Below, in pieces: positions 1 through 13,784 of a stretch of 64,000 nucleotides of DNA (its first letter is position 1; the number at the start of each line of letters is the position of its first letter). Below the pieces are notes generated by a model. The model searched no databases. It had not been told where the DNA came from and worked only from the letters and a program-made list of their open reading frames with translations. The stretch lies in assembly GCF_009914755.1 (NCBI RefSeq), contig NC_060926.1; one strand, given 5' to 3'. The stretch is from the human T2T-CHM13v2.0 reference genome, Homo sapiens. A program made the position numbers and the translations under genes.

Positions 1-1299
1 AGGTTCTTTGGTGGATTTTAACCAGAAAAGGGCACTCATTTCTCTCCCCTTGTGGCATTAATATAAGCATGAATTATACCCTCCTCCAAAGTATGCAGAG
101 AATTTAAATTAATAACTCTTATTATAAGGAGAGGGGGCCTGTTACCTATATAGCGAAATCTGAGATGTTGGGTGGACTGAGTTCTAAGCTTTCAGGCTGG
201 GTTTCAAGAAGAATCAGAGCAAATTCAGGTATTCAGTTCACCAAGAGTAAACAGAAATTGCTCCTTAATTTTCAGCAAACCACAGCAAAGGAAGCAATTT
301 GTTCAAAGTTGGCGTGAAAAGATGAAAAGTAATAAAACTCTTAAGACATTGATTGCCACACCATCATCATATCAACATGTCAGCGAGGTCTCATGCTTTC
401 TAATCAACACTTGCACAGCCCAATTGTCTTCCACCAGGCTTCACTTCACTCGGTCACTCATGAGCCCAGGATGGCTTCTCTCTGCTCACCTTCAGTAAGA
501 GTTTCTCAGGAATCACTGCACTTTGCTGGTAAATCCACTTCCTCTCCTAGGATATCCCCATGACAAGGAACCCACCTCAGTTCATTCACAAAGGCCAGCA
601 GGAAGTTGGAACAACTCGGGTAACTGCTTCTTCTTGACTGCAGCCTTTTGACCCACCTTACTGAAATCCCCAACTTCTGGAGTCAAACTGTGAAAGAAAT
701 GTACATAGCTACTTCTTCATCTCCTTACAATAACTGAAGGAAATCAAGCCCCTAGATGTAAGTCTATGCTTTGTCTCCTGACAGACAAGCTTCTTCTGCC
801 ATCTGTTTCTAATTGTCTTTCTGATCTTATCTTCCCAAGCAGGCTCCCAAGAGCTCTCTGCTGTTGCTGGCCTCCTCCCTATTTCCTCCCTTTTGCCTTG
901 TAAATTCTTGCTCCAAGTGTTTTCTAACCTGTTTCTACCACTGAGGATGCTCTATTCTCCTCTTCCCAGACAAGCACCATTTCTAACTTCAGAGTACAAC
1001 TCAAAAGTTACCTGCTCTGTGGCTCCTCCTTACCTCCAATCCCAGAAATTTCCCCTTTCCTGCCCACGTTGTACATCTTCTCTTCTGCGAGCATTGTCTA
1101 TTCTTCCCCTGAGGTCAGAAATTGGGTCAGGTATACCCTTTGAATTCCGCAATGCTCTGACAATCAGAAATTGTTTCCTGATTGACATGAACATGAGATA
1201 TGTTGGTCAACCCTGAATATTGTCCTGTAAGGGAAATAGCGGTTGATGTTTTCAACTATTTTAAACATAGAAAGCCAACATGTGGATGAAAAGGTTTGT

Positions 1300-3730
1300 T
1301 GAAAGTCGAATAGATGCTCATCTCCACTCCTTCCTGCAGCAGCATTAAAATATAATAATATAAAATATATAAACACATAATGACAAAGAAAATGAAAGCA
1401 GTATTACAGCAGACAAGAGATGGTCAACAAAATTTAGGGAATAGAAAGTAGATAAATGAGTGGTTACTAAAATCCAACTGCCAGTTCGGGAACTGTGGAA
1501 CCCATGAATGCCAATTGTTACCCAGTACAACCCAGTTGTGTGTCTCAACACCCTCCAGTCTCAGAGATGAGAGGGTGTTGTGTATCTCAAGGCTGGTGTG
1601 GGATGAGCCTGAAAACAGGAGGACTGCTTGACAATTATGTAAGAAGTAGACCCCAGACCCTCCCCTAGCCCACAGTCAAGCAATTGCCTTTGGTCCATTA
1701 GGACACAAACAGGTTTACTCTCCAGAGGGACTGGAGGACACCAGGCTCAGCTGAAGGCAGGGGTGAGGCACTAAAAGAAAAAGAAGGTGGCATAGATAAA
1801 CATATATGCACATGAAACAGTGAAAGCCACCATCTTTCCCTGTTCAGCAGCCAGAACACCAGGAGCCAGACTTGTATTCCTCAGGCAGGGGATTGGAGAA
1901 TTAGAACTCTTCTCAGGGGAATCTGATCTTCCCCAAGGGAAGAAAAATCTTAGGTTGGGAACCCAGTGAAATATCTAGGTCCTCATCCAACAACCCCAAG
2001 GCAAACCCACCACTGACAAACCCTCCTCCCCCTTAGTATCACAGCTAGTAAATGTATACACAGGTTCAAATCAGATTTTTAGGGTTTGAACTTAAGAATG
2101 AGTCTGTGCCATTTACTTGCACTAAGACATTTCTACTAAGTTTCTGTTATGAGTTCAAATAAGCAAACAAAAAAACTAAAGCAAAAAAGGAAAAAAAATA
2201 ACCCGGGGGAGCAGAAGCATTTGAGAAATCAGAAAAAAAAAAAAGGAAAACAATTAAATCTCAGCTGTAAGAAAAGATATTGAATCTGTACAAAAAGAGT
2301 GCTATTAACAAAATAACAGCAAACAAGAAAAACTCTTACAACTAAAAATATTATAGCACTTAAAAACATCATTTAAAACTTTAATAGAATGAATAGACGA
2401 TTAAACTTAAGAGAAGCTCCTGGAAAGCATAACAAAAAAGCTGATGAGAAGACATTGAAAAAATAAGTTAGAGAATTAAAGAATAAATCCATGAAGATCA
2501 ACATCCAACTGATGAGATCATCTGAAAGAACAATCAGAGAAAGAAACTGTAAAAAATAATTGAAGAAAATATTATTGAGCCAAGGGATATGGCTTTCCAG
2601 ATTGAAGAGGAAGTATTGCATACCCAGCATGTTAAATTAAAAAAAGACCCATCAAGGCATATCATCATAAAATGTAGGATAAAGAGAAATCCCTAAAAGT
2701 TTCTAGAGAAAAAAAATAGTTCCATACAAAGAATTAGGAAAGAAGAATGGTCTTATACCTCTCAAAAAGTAGCTTTAAGAGCTAAATGACAATGGAGAAA
2801 TGCCTTAAAATTAGAACAAAAAATTGGATGCAATCTATAAATCTATACTCAAACTGCAAGCCAATGTGAGAGTAGAACAAAAATATTTTAAAACATGTTA
2901 GGTCTTCAAAACTTTTTCTTCCTGGTTTCTTAGGGACGTACTGGAAGATACATTCCCCAATATGAGAGTCTAAACTAGGAAAGAGAAAGACATGAGATTC
3001 AGGAGACCAGGGACGCAACTTAGGAGACCAATGAAGGGAATTCCCAGGATGATAATGAAGATAAATCCTAGGATAACAGCTATGCCTCAGGCCTACAGCA
3101 TAAACAATCTTGACTGGCATAGGAAGAACAGGACAGATGGCTCCAGGAGGAATAACTCTAAGAAAAAACAAAATCTGAAAGATTGCCTGAAGTATCTGTT
3201 CATATTGAGAAGTGCTTTATAGCTCTGTTAGAAAAGCTGCAGAAGAACTAGCATTAGCTGTACAGATGACAACACGAAACAAAGGAAGGAATTACTGGCT
3301 ACAAAAATGTAGAAAAAGATAATGAGTAATATCATATTGCATGGCCCATCTTTGAATAATATTTACCTGATTATATAATGCAAGACACTGAATATTGATT
3401 TAACTAAAAATGGTGCTGTTGCTTTAAAAGGTGAGTGGGGAGATGACATGTGTGTGTGTTTAGGGAAGAGGCAGAGGGATGGCATAGAGAACTAAATCTT
3501 CATCTTCCATTGAACAAAGTAAATAAATAATATCCAAAATTGAAAAAAAAACCAAGAAAAAAGACAGTAAATGTGATCTTTGGAAATATGGAAATAAATG
3601 CCAGAAGAAACGACAGTAAGGATTATAAGTGGCTACTTCTGGAAAACAAAAGTTAGGGCTGGAGATGGGTGGAACAAGGAGCTGCTATTTGTTATTATAA
3701 GACTGAGAATGTTATTTGGCTTTTGCTTTT
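1300..3730 (+). mobile_element. HAL1 (half-L1) / ancient L1 ORF1-type fossil
   Basis: A-rich decayed ORF1-like tract at 2380-2920 (ttccagattgaagagg, aggataaagagaaatccctaaaag, acaatggagaaatgcctt) followed by HAL1-type ctggaagatacattccccaatatgagagtctaaactaggaaagagaaagacatgagattcagga. Ends approximate. Confidence 0.7.
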
Positions 3731-3739
3731 CAGAGACGC

Positions 3740-3970
3740 AGTATGCTATGGTGCTGACAAGCCCAGACCTGGACCTAACTGCCTGGGTTTAGATTTCAGT
3801 TCTGACACTTGGGCAAGGTAGCTAATCTCTCCATATCTTGATTCCCGGCTTTCAAATGGTAATAATAATAATAATGCCTGCCATGTGGGGTTGTTGTAAG
3901 GCTTGAATCGGTTAATACAGCACTTGAAAGAGGGATACTTAGAGTTGTATAACCATTTGCTATTATTCTT
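3740..3970 (+). mobile_element. MIR SINE
   Basis: ctgggtttagatttcagttctgacacttgggcaaggtagctaatctctc...aaatggtaataataat...gggttgttgtaaggcttgaat matches the MIR core. Confidence 0.75.
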
Positions 3971-4879
3971 ATTATGAAATGACATATTACTTAAAAATTA
4001 AAATAGAAAAAATTAAGGAGTAAGCTAATTTTGCTTTGAACTCTATTCCTGAAGACTCATTCCTTGCTTCCTCTAAAGTAATAGTCAGCATTTTATCTAC
4101 TCACTTCAATTTTGCCTTAAATGTACCAACTTTTGTCCCTTTCCTCAGCTACAGAAAACGTCAGTGACACAGGAACTACAGAGAAGGCTGAGGACTGCAG
4201 CTGTCACCCACACCACTGAATGGGTGCCTAAGGAACACTCTACAGGGTCATGTAAGCCTGCTGCTGTCTGGAGAACATGGCATCAGCCTAGAATGCACCA
4301 AGCCTGACTTTGAGCATGTACTTTTCAAGGCAACACATTGTAAATCAGCCTAGATCACTGTGGTCATCTTGAAAGGTCTTGCTATCCTGCCAAAATCCCA
4401 GACAAACCTGTGCATGTTTAAAAAGCGAATGGCAGACGCACACAAACACATGGTAGGAATCAATTCTTTACTAGCCTTTCAAGGACAAAAGAGGACCCTC
4501 ACCTTCTGGGCCCTGTGCCTTTTGCAGACCATGATCTTATGGTATCATCACACTGTGGAAAAGCCAGAAGGTTGCTGCTGTACTTTGCTCTCCAGCACTA
4601 CTCCGTTTTTATCAGTGACAGCTCATCTTCATATTAGCACCCACACAAGAAGGCACACAGTGGTGACCTGAGACCTTGCAGTGGCCACTCCCACTGCCCC
4701 ACAGCAAAGCACACACATAGACCCAGGTGGAACCCAAGTGCCTTTCCTATGGAACAGAGAGAATGAGCATTTGCTCATAGCCCTGACACCTCACTCTGAG
4801 ACCTTGCATAAGTATTTTCAGTTCTTCAGGCCTCAGTCAGATCCACTGGAAAATCTCACATTTGCACTGCCTTGAAGGA

Positions 4880-5015
4880 TTACCACCCTTATTTCCCTTA
4901 GGGTGAACAAGGCTAAGGAAGTGAAGGGAATTGTACAAGATAACAACTGAATTAGAATTGGGACTGGAACCCCAGTCTACTGAGCCCCAGACACTGTTCT
5001 TTCCATGGTACTTTG
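4880..5015 (-). mobile_element. MIR fragment
   Basis: gaacaaggctaaggaagtgaagggaattgtacaagataaca...gggactggaaccccagtct is the antisense MIR core. Confidence 0.55.
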
Positions 5016-5861
5016 TCACTGCCAGATGCCTAAATTACCATCTCCTGATAATCTCCCTTTTCCACTTAAAAATTTAGGACAGTGCCCAGCAGTCCACAAA
5101 AAGATGCTATCATTCTTTTACAATAAGTCCTTTCTAAGGCTTTGCAACTGGATTTGACCTTACCAAGAGAGTAAACTCTAAATCAGTTTAAACAGACCTT
5201 TATTTGCATATAGATAGTCAAATGGCATATATGCCAGCAAGTTCTCATGCAAAGTCAAAGACTTACCCTGCCGTAGAGGATCCCAGAGCCCTGCAGAAAG
5301 GGAGCTGCTTCTGAAGAAGAAATCAAGGTGGAGAGCCAACTGCTCCTCTCCCGCCTCTCATCCCCTGCCCACACCCACCCAAAGGCCAGTCTCTACCAAG
5401 CTGTTTGGCAACTCTGTTCAAGACAGCTTAAGGTCCAGGAGTGGATTGGGAACAGCGAATGCACTGGCAATCATTTTCCTTTCCCTTGAGCCCAGACTTC
5501 AGTGGGCGTACAATGTGGCATTTTGCTTCTGATTTCAACCACTTCAACAATTTAGCAGGAGAAAAATAAGAACCTGTGCCAGCCCAGGAGCAGCCAGCCC
5601 CCAAACCCCCTTCCTCCCTGGCATGGAGAAACCCTTGGTTACCTAGGCCAACTCCCCACCCCAAGACCTAGGGGGCAGGCCACAAATCACCTGTAGGACA
5701 ACACAGGAAGGTTTATCCTATGTTGAGCCCCAAAGCAAGCAGATGGGCCTCCATTCCTGGGGAAAGCAACCTAAGATATTTATGGATGGACAAGCCATTT
5801 TACTTTAAAGCCACTCACAGCAATTATTTGAAATTAACATTTATTTGCTCTGGTATGGGTG

Positions 5862-6268
5862 TGTATTAGTCCGTTCTCACATGCTATAAAGAACTACCTG
5901 AGACTGGGTAATTTATGGAGAAAAGAGGTTTCATTGACTCACAGTTCCACAGGCTGTACAGGAAGCACGGCTGGGAGGCCTCAGGAAACTTACAATCTTA
6001 CAAATGGTGGAAACTTACAAATGGTGGAAAGTGAAGGGGAAGCAAGCACGTCTTTACATGTTGGAGCAGGAGAGAGAGAGAGCAAAGGGAGCAGTATCAC
6101 ACACTTTTAAACAACCAGATCTTATGAGAACTCACTCACTGTCATGAGGACAGCAAGGGGGAAATCCTCCTCCATGATCCAATCACCTCCTCCCAGGCCC
6201 CTCTTCCAACACTGAAGATCACAAAACAACATGAGATTTGGGTAGGGACACAGAGCCAAACCATATCA
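5862..6268 (-). mobile_element. MSTA-type MaLR solo LTR
   Basis: Runs from tgtattagtccgttctcacatgctataaagaactacctgagactgggtaattt to gagatttgggtagggacacagagccaaaccatatca, the MSTA/THE1 termini. Confidence 0.9.
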
Positions 6269-6359
6269 CTATGTAGTTGCTAGAGATGTGAAGTCTAGAA
6301 CATAAGAAAAGGAACATCGGGGCACATTTTCTTCATTTTTTTGTTTTCCCCTGCTTTTC

Positions 6360-6740
6360 TGGTCTTGCTTCCCTCAATCATCCTTCATGTAACTGACAAA
6401 TAATATAAAACACTATCTCAATGTGTCATTCCTTACAGAGAGTTGTCCACAGCTCCTCAAATCTTCAGCATAAAGTCCCCCATGAGGTTGCCTTCGATGA
6501 CAATACCAGCTTCTTTCTTGCTGCTCCCTCATCCCACCCTCTGCCTCAGTCACTAAATATCCTTCCATGAAAGATCCACTGGGTTCTTAAAATTTCTTCT
6601 ATCAAGATACATTTTTCAAAAAAGTTTGTCTTTCTGACTAGATGATGAGCACTGTATTGGGGACAGCAACTTCCATCTCTGTGTCTCCACACCCAGCACC
6701 TTGTGAGTAGAACATGCTCAGTAAATGTGTGTTGATTTCA
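6360..6740 (+). mobile_element. L2 3' end fragment
   Basis: ctagatgatgagcac...cccagcaccttgtgagtagaacatgctcagtaaatgtgtgttga resembles the L2 3' terminus. Confidence 0.55.
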
Positions 6741-8289
6741 TTACTCACAAGGGCAGGAAATATGCCATATTCCTTTTTTGATCCTCTAGGTAATAAGTTC
6801 TCAAAAGTAGTTTGTGAATAAGGGAATAAATCATAAAACGTTATGTCCCCAACTGAAAGAATTTGTGCTTTGTCCTCAGACATATGCACATCCAAAGACA
6901 ATAATGCCAATATGGGCCTTGTCTTTAAAGAATTCATTGTGCCCTGCAGTTCCCAGGCAGCTGCCTGCCACCTGCTACTTGTGTTCCATCCCTTCAGGCC
7001 TGAGGCACTGCTGCCTCCTCTTCCATTTTTGACTTCAGGCTGTTACACACTGCCCTGCAAGCTTCCTCCACTCCTAGTGGCACTGAAGCAGGAATGAGCT
7101 CCCGTTTGGAGATGCTGGCTTTACAGACAGGAGCCACTGGGAAAGCTCGCTTATGTTTTCAGCTGGGTAGCTATAGCTCTAACCCATGGATGACACAGGC
7201 CTCTGGAAGGCCTCCACATTTCTCACACACTTCTATGAGAACAAGCCCTCATTATTGTCTCATCAAAGTAGCCCCAGCAGTGGTGGGGCAGAGGGTGGGG
7301 AAGTGGGAACATATAAAATAAGGTATGAAGGTGGAGGTTAAAAAGGATAGCCACTTTACTTTCATATTTTAATTCTGCCTCCCCCAGCCCAGAACATTCA
7401 CTTTGCAATAGATGCAATGGGCTGACGTGTGTGTATGAAACTTAGTGAGGCTCACTGGCATTTCCCTAAAATTATCAATAATTGTCTCCCAGGAAGCAGT
7501 GGACTTTAGCCAGGATGTGACATGGCCTCCAAAGTTTGCTATCAGTCATTTCCATGGAAGCCTGCATTTATCAAAGGGCCACCGGCACACCCAATAGACA
7601 CATCCTGGCAGGTTTGTAAATTGCTATGACATATAAAGGCAGGTCTGGCTTGAATTCCCAGGCTCTAGCTCCTCTGTGGAGCTCTGGTCACACTCACAAC
7701 ACAAACCATCTGGAGCCTCACTCTGGCACTGTGTTATTTACTCACAGTCCAGGTGGAATTAGAGCCATAATTCACCACCGTCTGCCCCTCTTCTCTGTGG
7801 ACAGCACCATACCTCATCTCAGCACTTGCTCCCTTGCCATCCATCAGCCATTCCAATTTGGGAATCACTTGCCAAAGTGGATGTTTTTCTTTGGAGTTTA
7901 TTGTTATAAATTAACGTTTTAAATTTTGGGACCAGTCCATCATTTTGGGAGACATTTTGCCTTTTTTCCCTTATTCTCACCTGTCTCAGACTCAGCAAGT
8001 GTGAGACACTCACTTATGCTGCTCCAGTTTTCCCTTCCTCACTTCATAAAGAATTCTGTAACCAACAGACCATATGCCCCAACCCCTTTTGCTTCTCTGG
8101 GATGTCATCACCAAACAAACAAACAAATAAACCAAAAATGAAAAACTCTTACCAGCTCAAGTTCCTCAATGAAGAAAGCCACTGCTGGTCAGTTAACCTT
8201 GAGCACATTACCAAATCTCTCTGTGCCTCAGGTCCCTCAGGATGAGGCAGAATAAAGCTAAGTCTTGACAATTGTACTGGGCAGTACTA

Positions 8290-9690
8290 GGCCACAGTGA
8301 AGGAAGGACTGGCCTTCTGTTTGTGCAAAAGTCAGCATAGAGAGAAAGGGAGCAGGCCGTATCTGAGAACTGGAAGATCATAAGGAGTTTGCTGTGGCTG
8401 AAATCTAGAGCACAGGTGGCGGAGTGGAAAAAGATGAAACAGAAGAGGTGTGGGGGAGTCAGATGATGAAATCCCTTGAATACTTTCTAAAGAAGTTTGG
8501 ATATGTTCTTCAAAGTGATATTCCTATCAGTCATTTAAGGTTATAAGAAAAAGAATCATCGGTTTAGAATTTAGTTTTAGAGATATCATTGTCAGAAATG
8601 TGGAGATTGGATTGAAGAAGAGATACAGAAGTAAAGGGCAAAGGCTCCAAAAACAAAAGTAAAGACTCCATTTACGGACTACGGCAGCTGGGCAGGTGAA
8701 GGTGAATGGTTGCCTGAACAAAGGTAGTAACGAGACCCAGAAGAGAGGACAGATTTAAGAGGTTTTTAGTGTGGTCATGGGGAGTGAGGAAAATGAATGG
8801 CTCGAATAAACTTTCCAGTTTACTTGAAACTTGGACAACTGGATGAACAGCAATGCCACTCACCAACGCAGGGAATATAGGAAGTTTTTCAGGGAAGGGG
8901 GATGAGGAAAAGAAATTTGGTTTGAGGCTATTTTGAGTAAGTGCCTGTGGAGCACTCAAGAGAGGTTTTAAGTAGTGTCTTAGTATGCTTTGTGCTGCTA
9001 TAACAGAATACCACAGACTGGGTACTGTATAATAAACAGACATTTATTGGCTCTCAATTCTGAAAGCCAGGAAGTTCAATATCAAGGTGCCGGTGAGGGA
9101 CTTGCTGTGACATCACATGACGGAAAGGCAAAGATAAGGCGATGGAGATGCTAAAGAGCTATTTTATCGGAAACCCACTCCTGTGATAACAGCATTGATC
9201 CATTAAAGGGAGATGAACCCTCATGGCCTACTCACCTCGTAAGGGTCCCATTCCTGAATATTGTTACAATGGCAATTAAATTTTAACATGAGTTTGGGAG
9301 GAGACAGGCATTCAAATCATAGCAAGTAGGCAAGAGAATTTTCAGGGAAAAGTCTGAACTGGAAAAATGGAGTTCAGAGTCATTGGTGTGTACAATGTGC
9401 AGAACTTGAAGACACAGTAAGATGAGATCATCCAGAGGGCATGTGTGGGATGAGAGGAAAGGTCTGCAGTTGAGACCCTGGGCAATCACTAACTAAAGGT
9501 GGACAGAGTTTAAAGAACAAAATGGCCACTGTGTCAACAGCATCACAGACAGGAGTCTGGTAGGGCAGAAACAGGAATGAAGTGGGCTGGGGAATGAACT
9601 GGTAGAGAAAGCAAATGAGGACAGTGAATGTGTCTCTCAGGAGGCTCAACTATGAAAGCAGAGACACATGGCCAAGGGAGATTGTTGGTT
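8290..9690 (-). mobile_element. L2, interrupted by an MST LTR at 8976-9324
   Basis: Antisense L2 motifs (ccagtttacttgaaacttggacaactggatgaacagcaatgccactcacc; ttttgagtaagtgcctgtggagcactcaag). The L2 resumes in register after the LTR. Confidence 0.75.
8976..9324 (-). mobile_element. MSTC/MSTD-type MaLR solo LTR with 5-bp TSD AGTAG
   Basis: tgtcttagtatgctttgtgctgctataacagaataccacagactggg...ttcaaatcatagca, with AGTAG at 8971-8975 and 9325-9329. Confidence 0.88.
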
Positions 9691-9711
9691 GGCTTGTGGG
9701 CTATTGTTGTA

Positions 9712-10310
9712 TTTTTTAATAGCCTTTTATTTAGGAATAATTTTAGATTTACAGAGAAGTTGCCTAGACAGTGGTTATTCACATTGTTAACATCTCTCAT
9801 TACCACAATACATTATCAAAACTAAGAAACCAACATGGTACAGTATTAACAGGATTCCATGCTTTATTTCACTTTCACCAGCTTTTTATCAAAGGTGTTT
9901 TTTTCAGTTCTAAGATCCAAACCAGAGTACCACATTGCATTTAGTTGTCGTATTTCCGCAATATCCTCTGGTCCATATTTGATTTTTATAACCTCAATAG
10001 GCTGGAGGAGCACTGACCAGGCAGCCTCCGGAATGTCTTCTACTCTGAGTTTTACTCATGTTGAGACTGGTGTTATGGGTTTTGGGGAAAGAATGCTATA
10101 GAAATGTCCTTCTCATCACATCATATCAGTAAAGATGATACCCACATGACAACATTGACAATGTTAACTTCAATCCCTTGGCTAAGTTCTCCACTGTAAA
10201 GTCACTCCTTTTTCCTTACCCTACTCTCTGCTCTTTGAAAGTGACTCACTAAGTCTAGCCCACACCCAGGTATGAGAGTGGGGGTGAGGGTGGGAATTAG
10301 GCTTCACCTT
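9712..10310 (-). mobile_element. L1MC4/L1MC5-type 3' end
   Basis: ttttatttaggaataattttagatttacagagaagttgc...gatccaaaccagagtaccacattgcatttagttgtc is typical antisense L1MC 3' UTR. Confidence 0.75.
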
Positions 10311-10738
10311 TTGTTTTGTTTTTAAGGTGACAATCATATTCCCAATTCAGCCTGTAGTCTTCATTGTCTCCTTTATCTTAAAATTGCAACATTTGGAATC
10401 TCCAACACAGTAGAATACTTGATCATACGAGATTTGATTTTGTTTATGTTATTTCACAAGTATTATTCAGGGCTCTAGGCAAAACAGCTCAATAAACAGC
10501 CTAGTGCTCACACTATACTCCTTCCTTTTTTCAACTGTTTTTGTTGTCATGTCCTATCATTTTACCAACTACATATCTCTTAAATTCAGTCATAGGTGAT
10601 CACCGATAAAAGCTCTGCCAGATCAACTGACTCCTAAATTCCTTATCTTGTCTTCCTGGTAGAACCCCAACCTTGTCCTTGACTCCTAATATATACAAAA
10701 GAACAGCAATGGAAATATGACTCCCTGAACGTGTTCTC

Positions 10739-11097
10739 TGATATGGTCTGGTTGTGTCCTCACCCAAATCTCATCTTGAATTGTAGCTCCTATAATTCCC
10801 ATGTGTTGTGGGAGGGACCTGGTGGGAGATAATTGAGTCATAGGGCAGTATCCCGCATACTGTTCTCATGGTAGTGAGTAAGTCTCACAAGATCTGATGA
10901 TTTTATAAGGGGTTTCCCTTTTCACTTGGCTCTCATTCTCTTTTGTCTGCCACCATGTAAGATGTGCCTTTTGCCATCTGCCATGAGTGTGAGGCCTCCA
11001 GCCACATGGAGCTGTGAGTCCATTAAACCTCTTTTTCTTTAAAAATTACCCAGTCTCAGGTATGTCTTTATCAGCAGTGTGAGAATGGACTAATTCA
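10739..11097 (+). mobile_element. THE1C-like solo LTR with 5-bp TSD TTCTC
   Basis: tgatatggtctggttgtgtcctcacccaaatctcatcttgaattgtagctcc...gagaatggactaattca, with TTCTC at 10734-10738 and 11098-11102. Confidence 0.92.
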
Positions 11098-11369
11098 TTC
11101 TCTGTACCAATGGCCAGACTATAGTGTGTTAAACAGGATACGGAGTGAAGGCACAATGCAGCATGTGAACCTAAACTTTCCTTCCTCAATTGCTCTTCAA
11201 TCCTTGGGCCCAGAAGCCTCTGTTTTGGCTTCAAAGTTTAGAGCTATTACTGAAGAAACAGCTCATAAAATGTCCCATTCCTGACATTTTTCACAGAAAA
11301 TCCCCAGAAATATGTGTTTGAACAAGAATCCTCTCTTTTCCCCATGACTATGCTTGCAGGGCGGCTGGG

Positions 11370-11510
11370 AGGTCAGGAAAAGACAAGCAGGAGAACTGGT
11401 TCCAGAATCTGTTCTGCCACTAACCTACTTTGGGAACCAGGTTAAACATTCCAACTTCCATACCTCAAGTACGGCATTGGTAAAATGAAGGGTTTGAGCT
11501 GGCTGATCTT
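11370..11510 (+). mobile_element. MIR/MIR3 fragment
   Basis: ctggttccagaatctgttctgccactaacc...ggtaaaatgaagggtttgagctggctgatct. Confidence 0.5.
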
Positions 11511-13598
11511 AGCTCATTCAATTCAGTCCACCAGCTGCCTTATTAAGTGGCTACCTCTTGATTCCATTTCTGAGGTTTCTCTGTTACAGTCATAGAACAT
11601 TGTGATTGGCTTTGGGAATGTTGTGGGGGAAGCCATATCCCAGGAGAGTCACCTGGAAAAGAAATTAGGGCTGCACAGGTTACATTCCAACTTGGTGAAC
11701 TGCATGAGATTAATGTGAGGAATCCCAGAGGAAAGAAGGGGCTCCTAACCTCTTGAGAGACACTGCATGCTTCTTCCCAGAGGGCAAGAGACTTGGCAGC
11801 CCTCAGTTGCCTTTAGCCTTATCCTATCAAGTGGGGTTAGCTTGTGTTGAGCTCACATGACAGACGGCTCTTTGGGCCTCCAGAGTGCACCCCAACCATC
11901 ATCAGATTGTCAAACTGCAAACAAAAGCCATTCATTGCCCTCACCTCCTCTCTTGAATTCTTCCTAGCTTTGTAACCTATAAAGCAGAAGATAAGCCATA
12001 ACCATCAGAGGGTCTGCAATCTCCTGCCTATATATGTGAACATTATTTTTCTGAACCTCAAAGATCAATGCATATGATTAAAGAATATTTTGCTATTCCT
12101 GACTGCATAGACAGTACAGTAAATGTAGTTTCATTACTATTATTATTATTTCTACATTACTTCAGGGGTTTCTGATCTCTTCTAAGAGTTATCAAATAGA
12201 GTCAAAATGAGATTGTCTTAGAAAGTTTGGATGAAGGGCTGCCTTGCACATATTTACTCTTCTCCTCTTTCCTCTTACTGTTACAGGATCACTCCTGCAA
12301 AGAGCTAAAACACCTATAAGGTGAAAGAAGAAAAGAGAAATGAGAACATCTGGCCAAACTTGCTTTCAGGTCGAGGAGATAGCCAGCACAGTAGGATGAG
12401 AGGGACCTGGGATCGGACTTCCACCTCAAGTTTTACATCTGCTGATATCTAAAATCCAACCATTAGAAATTCATTACTTCAACAGAATTTTTTATTCATA
12501 ATTAAACAAAAGCCCTCAGAATGTCTAGACCCAAGGTTATTTTCAATCATTGACACCTTCAGGCGAAGGCTTTGATATCAGGTGAGCGATTACTGGAGGG
12601 TAGTAAAGCATCATGTGTCCGAGACAACAGAGGGGGCATAGGACCCAGATGCTCCCTAGTGGGGTGTCAGAGCATGAGATCTTCTGGCTCCCTCTAATCC
12701 CAAAGAGAAAGAAAAAGACACATAGAAGGACATGGCCAGTGTCATGGTGGCAGTGATGTGTTTATCCACTGCAATGGGAGCACCTGGGCACCTCTACCGT
12801 TAGTCAAAAAAACGTGAACTGGGAATGCAGGGGCCTGAACTTTAAACTTAGAATTTCAACTATAGACACAGAAGGAACGTAGCATAATCTCTAACATCCT
12901 TCCCAGCTTAAATGGTCTATGTTGACTTCAGATTAGCAGATATTTCTCCAAATTGACAGGAAAACTAAGAAAGACAAGATAGCAGGAAAGATTGGGATGT
13001 GAGGAAGATGAAGAGGAAAAGAGAATTGGAGATGTAAAAGTAGATGTAGTCTTGTTGAGACTGCCCATATGTGATACATACGCCTTCTCTAGTGGTTCCA
13101 GGAAATATTTATCTCTTTCTCCTCTGTGCTTTACACTCCAATATAGTAAACCACATTCTACTCTGCCTTAAACTCTCTTAATCGCTTTAATTCCACTTGT
13201 GCCACAATTTACAAATAATTGAAAATCCGTTATTTTATTTGATTTCCCACCCCTCTAAAATGAGAGGAAGAAGAAGAAAAAAAAAGGAAACCTATGAATT
13301 TGGCGGGAATTCCTATCACCTTTCCAGGGAAAGATCCTGGGCTCAGTGATTTGCAAAAGCTCTCACATATAGCACATCACGGGGTTAGTGGACTCCAGTC
13401 ACCAGTCTTCATGCTTGACAGGTGCTCCTTTCTTAACACCCAGTTCTGTGGCACTATCGGGTTTCTTGAAGGTGTTTTCAAGCAAAGCCTGCTTAACGTG
13501 AATTTTATCTCCCTCATTGACTGTTCAAACTTCTACTCCAAAAGAGCATATAAAAGTAAAGCTTAGAGTTAGCTTAGCTGCTTAAATCATTGGTAGGA

Positions 13599-13784
13599 CA
13601 GCAGTTTTCAAACTATGCTTCTCACAGCCTTAGAGTTCCACCAAGCATCTCCAGGGCTTCTGGAGGTTTTTGAGCTGAGCAGCTGGGTGCTCTAGGCTTT
13701 CCCCCTGATTCTGAGAAACTCTACCTTTATCTGCCTTTTTTACTGGTCTCCCTATAGGTATTAAGAAGTGTTTGAGAACCACTA
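13599..13784. mobile_element. hAT-Charlie MITE (MER103-like)
   Basis: Terminal inverted repeats cagcagttttcaaact...gtttgagaaccacta, with internal agccttagagttccaccaagcatctccaggg. Confidence 0.6.
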
